Positions 1-7,822 of a stretch of DNA of 29,642 nucleotides are shown piece after piece. The notes below the pieces were generated by a model that was given only the letters and a program-made list of their open reading frames with translations, ran no database searches and was not told where the DNA came from. Source of the DNA: a virus (lineage: Duplodnaviria; Caudoviricetes); the IMG/VR virus record IMGVR_UViG_3300027734_000237, positions 1 to 29,642 of that record. One strand, given 5' to 3'. A program made the translations under genes and the position numbers. The number at the start of each line of letters is the position of its first letter. Position 1 is the first letter of the stretch.

Positions 1-352
1 GTTCTGCGGTGTGTGCAGTCTGAATGATTTTCTTTTCCGGGAACTTACCTAAGAACCACGACGGGAGCAGGTAAGAAGCAAACTCAGACTTGGTATGCCT
101 TGGAGGCATGTTGATGATCAGGCGCTTCAGGTCGCCCCTAGCGACCCTTTCAAAGGCATCGGCCATGATTGCATGGTGTTTGCCAGAGATGAAGATAGGC
201 CACATCTGCTGGACAAAGAACAGGTATGACTCCTTGCAACGCTCAACCCTATCAAACTCCAGAAGCTTCTGAATCTTAGCCCGCTCTGCTGGAGGAGCAG
301 TGTCCGACAGCTTGATGTAGCCTTCAATCTCACTGCGGGTCAGTAAACTCAT
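1..352 (-). CDS. terL: Terminase large subunit, N-terminal part (runs off the window)
   Basis: Manual translation from ATG at 352: MSLLTRSEIEG...KRLIINMPPRHTKSEFASYLLPSWFLGKFPEKKIIQTAHTAE. MPPRHTKSE is the terminase Walker A variant. ATGA overlap with the upstream gene. Not in the ORF track because it is truncated. Confidence 0.93.
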   Translation of the reverse strand, partial: MSLLTRSEIEGYIKLSDTAPPAERAKIQKLLEFDRVERCKESYLFFVQQMWPIFISGKHHAIMADAFERVARGDLKRLIINMPPRHTKSEFASYLLPSWFLGKFPEKKIIQTAHTAE

Positions 353-579
353 AACGCAGCCATTTCTTTAACAGACTTGTCTACAAGCCGGATGGAGTTG
401 AACTTATAAGGACGCACAGTCAGATGCCCATCTTCTTTAAGACGGTGGATGATCCGGTGCACATTCGACTTTGACTTCAATCCAATTCCTTTAGCAATAA
501 CCTCATACGACGGCGGTACTCCGTGTAAACGGATATACGCCCTGATGAAGTCTAGTACTAACTGCCGATGTTTGGTCAT
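349..579 (-). CDS. LexA-like winged-helix DNA-binding protein (DNA-binding domain only)
   Basis: MTKHRQLVLDFIRAYIRLHGVPPSYEVIAKGIGLKSKSNVHRIIHRLKEDGHL matches the LexA N-terminal pattern. 76 aa, no peptidase domain. Start placed at ATG 579. Confidence 0.8.
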   Translation of the reverse strand: MTKHRQLVLDFIRAYIRLHGVPPSYEVIAKGIGLKSKSNVHRIIHRLKEDGHLTVRPYKFNSIRLVDKSVKEMAAL

Positions 580-644
580 GTTTAAACAAAAATGATGTTG
601 GCGCACTTAAAGTCGGAACACGTCCCACAGCGTCTAGCAGCTTC

Positions 645-785
645 ACCAACACAACTGAGCACTTTTTTCCTCGTCTTCCTACCATAGCGACCGCGTGTTC
701 TAAGGCTTCCCGGTTCTGAGTAAGTCCACCTTACGTTTCAGCGTCCAAGTGCTCATGTGTGTTAGTCCTAGGGATTCCACCTAGG
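645..785 (-). ncRNA. Candidate structured RNA
   Basis: Long-range stem 645-664/747-766, in which one mismatch becomes G-U on the minus strand, plus a CCTAGG hairpin at 767-785. Region is non-coding. Confidence 0.4.
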
Positions 786-1005
786 CCCACCTCGCTTTAA
801 CGTCTGCGTGTCCAAGACGATGTGAGTTTAAACGATAATGAGAACGTTCGCAAGTGTTTAAACGAAAATATATATAGGGTGGGGGTTTGGATTTGGATTG
901 GATAGGGGGGGGTGTTCTGTGGGAGATGTATGGATGAGTGGATTAGAGCGTAATAGACGGGCGGGTGGTCAACGGCCACAGCGGGGGGTACGGGTGCGGT
1001 GGGCA

Positions 1006-1671
1006 TCACGTCTGCGCCTGTTTAAACTGGGTGGCCTCCACATCGAGCACCGATGACCGTTCACCCTTGAGAAGCTTCAAGTGCCCTGCCAATTCGCGCT
1101 TCAATTGATCGGCCGTCACTGGTGCTTTGTCTTGCACGTCAACTGGTGTAAACAGCCCACATGCTTTGCCCATGAGTTCCAGTGCTTTTAGTTGACTGCC
1201 CTCTTGCTTGCCTGTCTTCACTAAGTGCAACAGACCCTTGAGCACAAACCTCTTGGATGCCACAACGTCATCTATCAGGTGTTCCACGGTTTCCCCCCAA
1301 GCCTCATTCAGTGCTTGGACAACCCTTGGATCTTTCATTAGCTTGTTGGCACTTGCGCTGATTGACGCATCTGATCCGGTGTCATTCTGGAAAGCCTCAC
1401 GGTAGGCCTGACGCAAGCTGTGGCCACGTATTACGCCTTGAACGAACCTTTGCTGTGACAACGTGAGGCCTTTGCCTCTTCTATGGTCTGACCCTACTAG
1501 TTGCCCATCTACTCTTCTCTTAGGTTTCCCTGCGGCATGGGCCAACCGTTCCGCTTCGCTTAGGCCTGCCATCTCCGCATCTGCCTGCTCCGAATCCCAA
1601 ACCGCCTCGGCCTCGGCCAACTCTTCCTTGTACATACCCGCACCAGTATTTCGCATAATCACCGCCTCCAT
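1006..1671 (-). CDS. terS: Terminase small subunit
   Basis: LTLSQQRFVQGVIRG...QAYREAF...ASANKLMKDPRV HTH and QLKALELMGKACGLF are typical TerS motifs. Upstream of terL. An alternative start at 1656 follows GGAGG. Confidence 0.8.
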   Translation of the reverse strand: MEAVIMRNTGAGMYKEELAEAEAVWDSEQADAEMAGLSEAERLAHAAGKPKRRVDGQLVGSDHRRGKGLTLSQQRFVQGVIRGHSLRQAYREAFQNDTGSDASISASANKLMKDPRVVQALNEAWGETVEHLIDDVVASKRFVLKGLLHLVKTGKQEGSQLKALELMGKACGLFTPVDVQDKAPVTADQLKRELAGHLKLLKGERSSVLDVEATQFKQAQT

Positions 1672-1745
1672 TTTGTGACTGACCAGTCTACTTTGTGCAC
1701 ACCAAGTGCAGGCCGTGAACTGTTCGTATTCCGCACCATTCTAAG

Positions 1746-1794
1746 TTATCCACAGGCTGTGGACAACCCATTTTTATCCCCAGCTTTATCCACA
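1746..1794. promoter_or_regulatory. Cluster of four DnaA boxes
   Basis: TTATCCACA at 1746 and 1786 (perfect), TGTGGACAA at 1758 (reverse, 1 mismatch), TTATCCCCA at 1774 (1 mismatch). Confidence 0.75.
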
Positions 1795-2098
1795 GAAAAT
1801 GTAGTACTTTTGTTTCCCAAAACGTATACCCCCGACAGTATTTTTCTCAATCGGCCGTTTAAGCCGTTTTTCCGAGGGTGCTAATGCACTGGTAGCCATG
1901 ACCCCTAAAAAACGCTTACAGGCCGTTTTAGATACCACCCAGAGTATGCCAACCATACACACCTGTATGTTGCCCAAAACCTCAGGCTTTCGCTTCTATT
2001 AGTAGCACCTTGTTTCCCTAGGAAACCCCTAGAAAACATGACCGTAAGAGATGCTGAGGTAATAACCCCACAACTTAGTCAACTTAATATTGTGGTGT

Positions 2099-2129
2099 TT
2101 GACAAACTAATATCTTTTTAGACTACAAT
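2099..2129 (+). promoter_or_regulatory. Putative sigma70 early promoter
   Basis: TTGACA-N19-TACAAT upstream of the first rightward gene, followed by a CACACC/GGTGTG hairpin. Spacer is longer than optimal. Confidence 0.5.
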
Positions 2130-2174
2130 CACTTCACACCACTTCCGGTGTGTTTAAACAGGACTTCAAGCACC

Positions 2175-2369
2175 ATGCAAAAACTCTTAAATGCATACAA
2201 GGTCAGCCCCTCACAGGACAACCTCAAACGCCTTATTGCCTACAGCCGTAAGCACCCCTTTGCTTCCATCATGTTGAATGCAGATGATGCCAAGCTGTTG
2301 ATGACCCTCGAACATGAGGTAGAGGCCTTGCTCAAGCAAGCCCGCCAACTGGCCATGGATTCAATCTGA
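2175..2369 (+). CDS. Hypothetical early protein
   Basis: ATG at 2175 after CAGGAC. First gene of the rightward block. Confidence 0.7.
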   Translation: MQKLLNAYKVSPSQDNLKRLIAYSRKHPFASIMLNADDAKLLMTLEHEVEALLKQARQLAMDSI

Positions 2370-2424
2370 CATATCAGCGGTAAGCCCGATGGGCTTATCA
2401 GTGCTATGTCGCACTACTTGGAGA
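2366..2424 (+). repeat. Structured intergenic repeat, copy 1
   Basis: CTGACATATCAGCGGTAAGCCCGATGGGCTTATCAGTGCTATGTCGCACTACTTGGAGA; aligns with 3093-3152. Confidence 0.85.
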
Positions 2425-2432
2425 ACCAAACC

Positions 2433-2765
2433 ATGACTGTCAATATTGATCGCTTCCAACCAACAGCCACTGCCCTGACTGCCACTGCTGTTGTGGCCAA
2501 CCTCAAAGCCCGCCTCAAGATGGCACAGCGGGATTACCTGTCATTCCCCAACGCCACACGTTGGAACGTCCAAACACGTGACGCATTTGTCTATCAGCAA
2601 GCGTTCTACTTTTTTAATGCTGTCAGCCGTTCCTATGAGGACAAAAACGCCTGTCTCATTGCACTGGGTGCTGAGTCCAATGGCAACTGGGGTGACGTGA
2701 TCTGCCAACATGCGTTTGGCCTGACCCTGACAGCCGCTTTGCGTGAACACGCCAACTGCCCTTAA
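2433..2765 (+). CDS. Hypothetical early protein
   Basis: GGAGA RBS then ATG at 2433. Confidence 0.75.
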   Translation: MTVNIDRFQPTATALTATAVVANLKARLKMAQRDYLSFPNATRWNVQTRDAFVYQQAFYFFNAVSRSYEDKNACLIALGAESNGNWGDVICQHAFGLTLTAALREHANCP

Positions 2766-2790
2766 TTCAATCAACTTCGGAGAATCAACC

Positions 2791-3096
2791 ATGGTCACAG
2801 AGCAAGTCAGAGACTATACGCACCTGTCAAAGGATCACAAGGGCGTGTTTGGTCAGATGGTCTACAACTACAGGTCACCCACGCATTGGGGCAGTGATGG
2901 CCTGTGCGAGATTCGGGTCAGCTTTTGGGGTGACCTCAAAGAGGCTGAGGTGCAATTCAGCTACTCATCGGGCGGTTGGAACAAAGGGTTCACCAACTTG
3001 CAGATTGCCGAGGCAATGAAAGAGGCCTTTGCCCTTGCGGAGCACCGCTTGGCCGTGCTTGAAAAGTGCCCTTGGCAAGCTCAGGTTGTCGCCTGA
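2791..3096 (+). CDS. Hypothetical early protein
   Basis: GGAGA RBS then ATG at 2791. Confidence 0.75.
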   Translation: MVTEQVRDYTHLSKDHKGVFGQMVYNYRSPTHWGSDGLCEIRVSFWGDLKEAEVQFSYSSGGWNKGFTNLQIAEAMKEAFALAEHRLAVLEKCPWQAQVVA

Positions 3097-3152
3097 CATT
3101 ACAGCGGTAAGCCCTGCGGGGTTTACCAGTGGAATGTCCCACTGATTGGAGA
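3093..3152 (+). repeat. Structured intergenic repeat, copy 2
   Basis: CTGACATTACAGCGGTAAGCCCTGCGGGGTTTACCAGTGGAATGTCCCACTGATTGGAGA; shows compensatory changes relative to copy 1. Confidence 0.85.
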
Positions 3153-3160
3153 TCTTAAAA

Positions 3161-3769
3161 ATGAACCAACTACATGCTAACCGTGAGGACTGGTTGAATG
3201 CCGCTGTCGATGAACTCCGGCCGTTCTTCTCTTCCAATGGCCACACCCTGCCCGCTGAGATTCGGGTTGCCTGTGCCTATCCAACCAATGCCAAACGCTC
3301 CGGCTTCAAGGTGCTTGGCCAGTGCATCCCAAACACCAACAGTGCTGACGGCCACTTTGAGATCTTTGTCTCACCGCAGATTGACAACCCTTACAAGGTC
3401 ACTGAGGTTTTGATTGCCCAACTGGCTTGCACTGCCAAGGGTGCGTTGAATCAGGCCAACCAAGCTTACGCCAAGGTTGCCGAGGCCATGCACATCTTGC
3501 CCGATGGCAACAAGTCCAACCCCTACTATGAAACCAACCATGGTGCGGCCTTTGACCTTGCCTATGCGGCCATCATTCAATCACTGGGTGACTACCCTCA
3601 CGCCAAGGTTGACGTGACCACACATAAGACCCAAGGCACACGCCTGTTGTTGGCCGTGTGCCCAACGTGCGGTTGCAAAATCCGCATGACCGCCAAGTGG
3701 ACGTTGAATGCACACGGTGACGTGGATCTGCCCACGTGCCGCTGTGGTGACCTGTTTAACCTTGTTTGA
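3161..3769 (+). CDS. SprT-like phage protein with C-terminal zinc ribbon; HExxH motif degenerate
   Basis: REDWLNAAVDELRPFF...SADGHFEIFVSP...LGDYPHAKVD...CPTCG...CRCG resembles phage SprT-like proteins. The expected HExxH position reads AQLAC. Confidence 0.65.
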   Translation: MNQLHANREDWLNAAVDELRPFFSSNGHTLPAEIRVACAYPTNAKRSGFKVLGQCIPNTNSADGHFEIFVSPQIDNPYKVTEVLIAQLACTAKGALNQANQAYAKVAEAMHILPDGNKSNPYYETNHGAAFDLAYAAIIQSLGDYPHAKVDVTTHKTQGTRLLLAVCPTCGCKIRMTAKWTLNAHGDVDLPTCRCGDLFNLV

Positions 3770-3795
3770 TGACCGTACCTAAGAGAGAGAAAACC

Positions 3796-5214
3796 ATGCA
3801 AAAAGCCCTTAAAGACACCCTGCTGTCGATCCCCAACAACGTCATCATTGGTGCAACCATTGCCCATGGTGCACCCAGTCATTTTGTAAGCAAGCTTCAA
3901 CGCATTGATTGGCTTGGCGAACAAATTGAATTAGGCCGCCTGACCATTGACCAAGTGTCCAGTGCCAAGCCTGTTGTGGCCTCACAGCCCACAGCCATTG
4001 ACACAGCCAAGCTTGATGCCCTTGAGTCAGTGGCCAACCGTGCCCACGCCTACGCCTTGCAGGGTCTAGACCTAAGCCGCTCAGTCGAAACCGCAGTGAC
4101 CACAATTGCGGGCGACATGGCCTCAACCCGCATGGCCATTGACCAACTGGCCAAGGCTCAGGCCGCCTCTGTGGTTGACACCTCCAAGGTTGATGCCGAG
4201 GTTGCCAGTGCTATTGCCAAGGCCTTTGCACCGTTTAAACAGGCCGTGATTGATGCCAATGCCCAAGAGGCTGTGGCCTCCGGTGTGGCCGCCACTGTGG
4301 TTGACCGCAAAACCGCTCTTGATGTTTTTGGGGTCAACGTGATTGACAACAAGGGCAATCAAGTTTGGGTTGACGTTTGGAACGCCTCCGATGCACCCGC
4401 CATTGACCCCAACTTTGTGTGGTCAGAGGGCATTTTGCGTCACTTGTTGTTGTCTCAATACACCAGTGAAAACCTGTGGTTTGGCGGTGAAAAGGGCACA
4501 GGCAAGTCAGAGACAGCCCGACAGTTTGCCGCCCGCACTGGCCGCTCATATACCCGCATCAACTTTCACAAATACAGCACCGCTGAGGACTACTGCGGAT
4601 CGATTGGCCTTGAGAATGGTGCGACAGTGTTTAAACGTGGTGCTTTCCTGACCGCCTTTGCCTCACCCTCTACCGTGATTTTGTTGGATGAGATCTCCAA
4701 CTGTGCGGCCGGAGAACTTGCCCCACTCAATGGTTTTCTCGAACCCAACAGCGCAGTGAACTATGGCGGCCAAGTGCACCGCAGGGCACGTGGTGTGATG
4801 GTGTGTGCCGCTGACAATACGCTGACCAACGGTGATCAGTCCGGCCGATACGCTGACACACGTCAAATGAATTCATCACTGGCTGACCGCTTCGCACGTG
4901 TCATCAAGTTTGAATACCTCAGCGCAGATGATGAGGCTGAGGCTCTGATCCGGCACACCGGATGCCATCAAGCACTGGCCACGCATGTTGTGGCGGCCAT
5001 CAATGCGGCACGTGCAAAGGTTGAAACAGGGGACGTGATTGATGCCCCCTCTATCCGCTCCGCCATTGCATTCATTCGCAGTTTAAACATGCTCTCAGTG
5101 GATGAGGCTTGGCACTCAGCCGTGACCGCACGTCAACCCTCAGAATCTGCGGCCGCATTGGATGCCATCAAGGCCGCTTACATCAACCCCGCTGACGTAG
5201 CTCAGTGGATCTAA
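3796..5214 (+). CDS. MoxR/CbbQ/CobS-like AAA+ ATPase
   Basis: Walker A GEKGTGKS, Walker B ILLDEI, SLADRF arginine-finger region, Ala-rich helical N-terminal extension. Adjacent to a vWA gene. ATG 3796 follows AG-rich RBS. Confidence 0.9.
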   Translation: MQKALKDTLLSIPNNVIIGATIAHGAPSHFVSKLQRIDWLGEQIELGRLTIDQVSSAKPVVASQPTAIDTAKLDALESVANRAHAYALQGLDLSRSVETAVTTIAGDMASTRMAIDQLAKAQAASVVDTSKVDAEVASAIAKAFAPFKQAVIDANAQEAVASGVAATVVDRKTALDVFGVNVIDNKGNQVWVDVWNASDAPAIDPNFVWSEGILRHLLLSQYTSENLWFGGEKGTGKSETARQFAARTGRSYTRINFHKYSTAEDYCGSIGLENGATVFKRGAFLTAFASPSTVILLDEISNCAAGELAPLNGFLEPNSAVNYGGQVHRRARGVMVCAADNTLTNGDQSGRYADTRQMNSSLADRFARVIKFEYLSADDEAEALIRHTGCHQALATHVVAAINAARAKVETGDVIDAPSIRSAIAFIRSLNMLSVDEAWHSAVTARQPSESAAALDAIKAAYINPADVAQWI

Positions 5215-5225
5215 GGAATATCAAA

Positions 5226-6233
5226 ATGACAAAAGCAAAATACCGTGGATGGGAATTCAAATCTGCCCTCACTGCGGCCATTCACAAGATGGCCTCAGAT
5301 CTCAAGATCAAACGTGTTATGGTGACCTTTAAGGATGAGATCCCAACAGCGGCCATCAACCGCCATGGGCAGATCTACATCACCAACATTGCAGATGATG
5401 CCGTGCTGACCCGCTTTGACCTTGAGCGTTTCACTGGCTTTGCCCTGCATGAGTTACTGCACCGCAAGTTCACCAACTTTGATGCCATCGACAATTCAAA
5501 GGTGAGTTACCTTGTGCAATTGCACAATGGTTTGGAGGATGCCTACATTGAGAATCGTGCCGTGGCTGAGAAGCTGACAGGCAATGCCGAGGGCTTGCTC
5601 CGCACCCTGATTGACAACATGGCACGTGAGGGCTTGGCCGAGGTGTCAGATTGGGCTGACCCCCGCCAATATCCCTTTGCACTGGCCGTCTATGCACGTA
5701 AGCACAGCACCGTGCAGATCCCATTGGCCAAGGGCTTGAAGCCCATTTTCGATGAGGCTTGCAAGCGTTTAAACACATGCAACTCCACGCATGACACATG
5801 GGCACTGGCTGAGTGGGTGTTTGACCAACTCAAACAGATTGGCAAACCTCAACAGCCCACACAACCCGATCAGCCTCAGGATCAGCCAACCAACGGCCAA
5901 CCTTGTGATGATGGCAACCCCAGTGACCAAGAGGGCGGCAATACCCCTACAGAGGCCGGAGAGGGGGGCACAAGCCCCGATCAGGGACAGGGTGAGGGTG
6001 ATGCCCCAACTCAGGGAAAAAACGCCCCTGAGGCCGGAGAGGCTCAGTCCCCCATCAAGGGTGAGAAGCAAACCTCAAAGGGCAAAGTGCTTGTGATTGC
6101 CAAGCCCCGCTCAACTGAGCCTAAGGCTGACGTGCCCGACTCTGCCAAGCAGTGCGGATCAATCAGCAACTGGGTTGTGACAAAGGATGCCTACCACGTA
6201 GGTGATGTTAGACGTTGGTCAATTGACTTTTAA
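5226..6233 (+). CDS. CobT-N-like protein with HExxH motif and low-complexity acidic Gln/Pro/Gly linker
   Basis: ALHELLHRKFT and LHNGLEDAYIE motifs typical of N-terminal domains of CobT-like vWA partners. AAGGA RBS. Confidence 0.75.
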   Translation: MTKAKYRGWEFKSALTAAIHKMASDLKIKRVMVTFKDEIPTAAINRHGQIYITNIADDAVLTRFDLERFTGFALHELLHRKFTNFDAIDNSKVSYLVQLHNGLEDAYIENRAVAEKLTGNAEGLLRTLIDNMAREGLAEVSDWADPRQYPFALAVYARKHSTVQIPLAKGLKPIFDEACKRLNTCNSTHDTWALAEWVFDQLKQIGKPQQPTQPDQPQDQPTNGQPCDDGNPSDQEGGNTPTEAGEGGTSPDQGQGEGDAPTQGKNAPEAGEAQSPIKGEKQTSKGKVLVIAKPRSTEPKADVPDSAKQCGSISNWVVTKDAYHVGDVRRWSIDF

Positions 6234-6241
6234 GGACTGCC

Positions 6242-6901
6242 ATGATCCCCGCAAAATTACGTTATGAAATTCGCAAAATGTTTGAGAACTCAGGCACTGA
6301 GGAATTCGACACCAACCGCAAAACAGGTTCAATCAACGTCAACGCATTGGCAGGGTATGGCCACACTGACCGCCTGTTTAAACGTAGGACTGAGGTAGCA
6401 GGAATTGACTCAGCAGTGACTATTGTTTTGGACTGCTCCGGCTCGATGGGTGATGAGCCTGAGCGCATGGCAAACGCTGTGCCTGTGGCCTACGCTTTGT
6501 TGGACACATTGGCTCAGGCCGGAGTGCCAACCTCACTGGTGACATTCAGCAGTAACGTTTCAGTGCTCAAGCCGTGGTCAATGCCCGCCAAAAAGGTCAA
6601 AGGCATGTTGGAGCGTTTAAACACATCTGGTAGCACCAATGACTATGCGGCCGTGCAGTTTGCCCATGGCATGTTGCTCCGCAGATCTGAGGCACGTAGG
6701 GTTTGCTTTGTCCTCACTGACGGTGAGGGTGAGCCGGACGCAACACGTGCCCAGTGCGAGTCAGGCACACGCCTTGGCATCACAACCATTGGCATTGGCA
6801 TTCTGCAATTTGTGCAACATGTCTACCCCAATGCAGTGCGTGTCAACAACGTGGCTGACATGGGCACTGTGGCATTCACCAAGCTTAAGCTTGCCGCCTG
6901 A
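6242..6901 (+). CDS. von Willebrand factor A domain protein (CobT C-terminal-like)
   Basis: MIDAS motif VLDCSGSM, GSTND, VLTDGE. Own RBS AAGGA at 6232. Confidence 0.88.
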   Translation: MIPAKLRYEIRKMFENSGTEEFDTNRKTGSINVNALAGYGHTDRLFKRRTEVAGIDSAVTIVLDCSGSMGDEPERMANAVPVAYALLDTLAQAGVPTSLVTFSSNVSVLKPWSMPAKKVKGMLERLNTSGSTNDYAAVQFAHGMLLRRSEARRVCFVLTDGEGEPDATRAQCESGTRLGITTIGIGILQFVQHVYPNAVRVNNVADMGTVAFTKLKLAA

Positions 6902-6943
6902 GGGGGGCTACCCCTTGATGACCGTAACTACAGGAGAGAACAA

Positions 6944-7129
6944 ATGAACACAATCAAAATGACCTTGAGCCTTGAAATTGCCGGAGGTGAGAACTGGCAG
7001 GAGCGTTTGGCCGATGCCTTGTTGGCCATTCAATCAACCGTGCGTGAGAGTGAAACACTGCGAGTGGCTGACACGCTAGATGGCAATGACTTTGCCGCTT
7101 ACTACACCTTGTTTGGAGAACTGAAATGA
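6944..7129 (+). CDS. Hypothetical protein
   Basis: CAGGAGAG RBS, 61 aa, coupled to the next gene. Confidence 0.7.
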   Translation: MNTIKMTLSLEIAGGENWQERLADALLAIQSTVRESETLRVADTLDGNDFAAYYTLFGELK

Positions 7130-7296
7130 AAAAGTACAAAGTTTGGGTGAAAGAAATTGCCTATCACTACGCCTTTATTGAGGCCGAGGATGAGGACACG
7201 GCCTTTGACATTGCCTTGAATATGGATGGGTCAGAGTTTATCGCTGGAAATCAAATAGATTGGGACATCTACAGCGTAGAGGAGGCCGCCCAATGA
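7126..7296 (+). CDS. Small acidic hypothetical protein (56 aa; not in ORF track)
   Basis: MKKYKVWVKEIAYHYAFIEAEDEDTAFDIA...WDIYSVEEAAQ. GGAGA RBS, ATGA overlaps at both ends. Confidence 0.75.
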   Translation: MKKYKVWVKEIAYHYAFIEAEDEDTAFDIALNMDGSEFIAGNQIDWDIYSVEEAAQ

Positions 7297-7502
7297 ACGA
7301 AAGAGAACAGATTGTTTACCTTAGGACGGCTCTTAAGAACCTTGCCGAGTCAGCAGATCGATATATCGATGACGGCTCTTGGATCGAGCATGTGCATCTT
7401 GATGTGCAGTTTGCAAAGGATGTTTTGAGGAACACACGTTTAAACAAGGTAGAGCAGGGCATCAGGGATGCAGTAGGCAGATCAATGAAGGGAGAGAAAT
7501 AA
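7293..7502 (+). CDS. Hypothetical protein
   Basis: GGAGG RBS, ATG 7293. Confidence 0.7.
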   Translation: MNEREQIVYLRTALKNLAESADRYIDDGSWIEHVHLDVQFAKDVLRNTRLNKVEQGIRDAVGRSMKGEK

Positions 7503-7732
7503 TGGCACACATGGTTGAAACACATGATGGTTGGGTGTTACGTGATGACTGGGACATTTACGATGTACAGGCAAGGCTTGAGGATTACTGGGGCTTTGAG
7601 TTAACCGATGCCGAGTGCACCAAGGTTTTAAAGCTTGTGGCTAAGGCCTTTGATGCCAACATTGGGATTAACTGGGACGCTATCGATGCGGCCATTGAAA
7701 CCCTGTACGGTAAGCGGAGGGTTGACAAATGA
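7502..7732 (+). CDS. Hypothetical protein
   Basis: GGAGAG RBS, TAATG coupling. Confidence 0.75.
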   Translation: MAHMVETHDGWVLRDDWDIYDVQARLEDYWGFELTDAECTKVLKLVAKAFDANIGINWDAIDAAIETLYGKRRVDK

Positions 7733-7821
7733 ACTTCACACCTTGGCAAAAATTAGAACGTGCCGTGCTGTTGATCAGCATCATTGTGTTAATGCTTGAT
7801 CTGTTTTATTGGAGGCCATGA
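7729..7821 (+). CDS. 30-aa predicted single-pass membrane peptide (not in ORF track)
   Basis: MNFTPWQKLERAVLLISIIVLMLDLFYWRP. GGAGG RBS, ATGA overlap, fills the gap exactly. Confidence 0.65.
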   Translation: MNFTPWQKLERAVLLISIIVLMLDLFYWRP

Positions 7822-7822
7822 G

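Noticed and set aside
2366-3152. CRISPR array or integron
   Set aside because: Only two copies separated by genes; no cas or integrase gene in the window; no GTTRRRY core seen.
3796-6901. cobS/cobT as cobalamin auxiliary metabolic genes
   Set aside because: No cobN or other cob genes; the motifs only support a generic MoxR AAA+/vWA pair.
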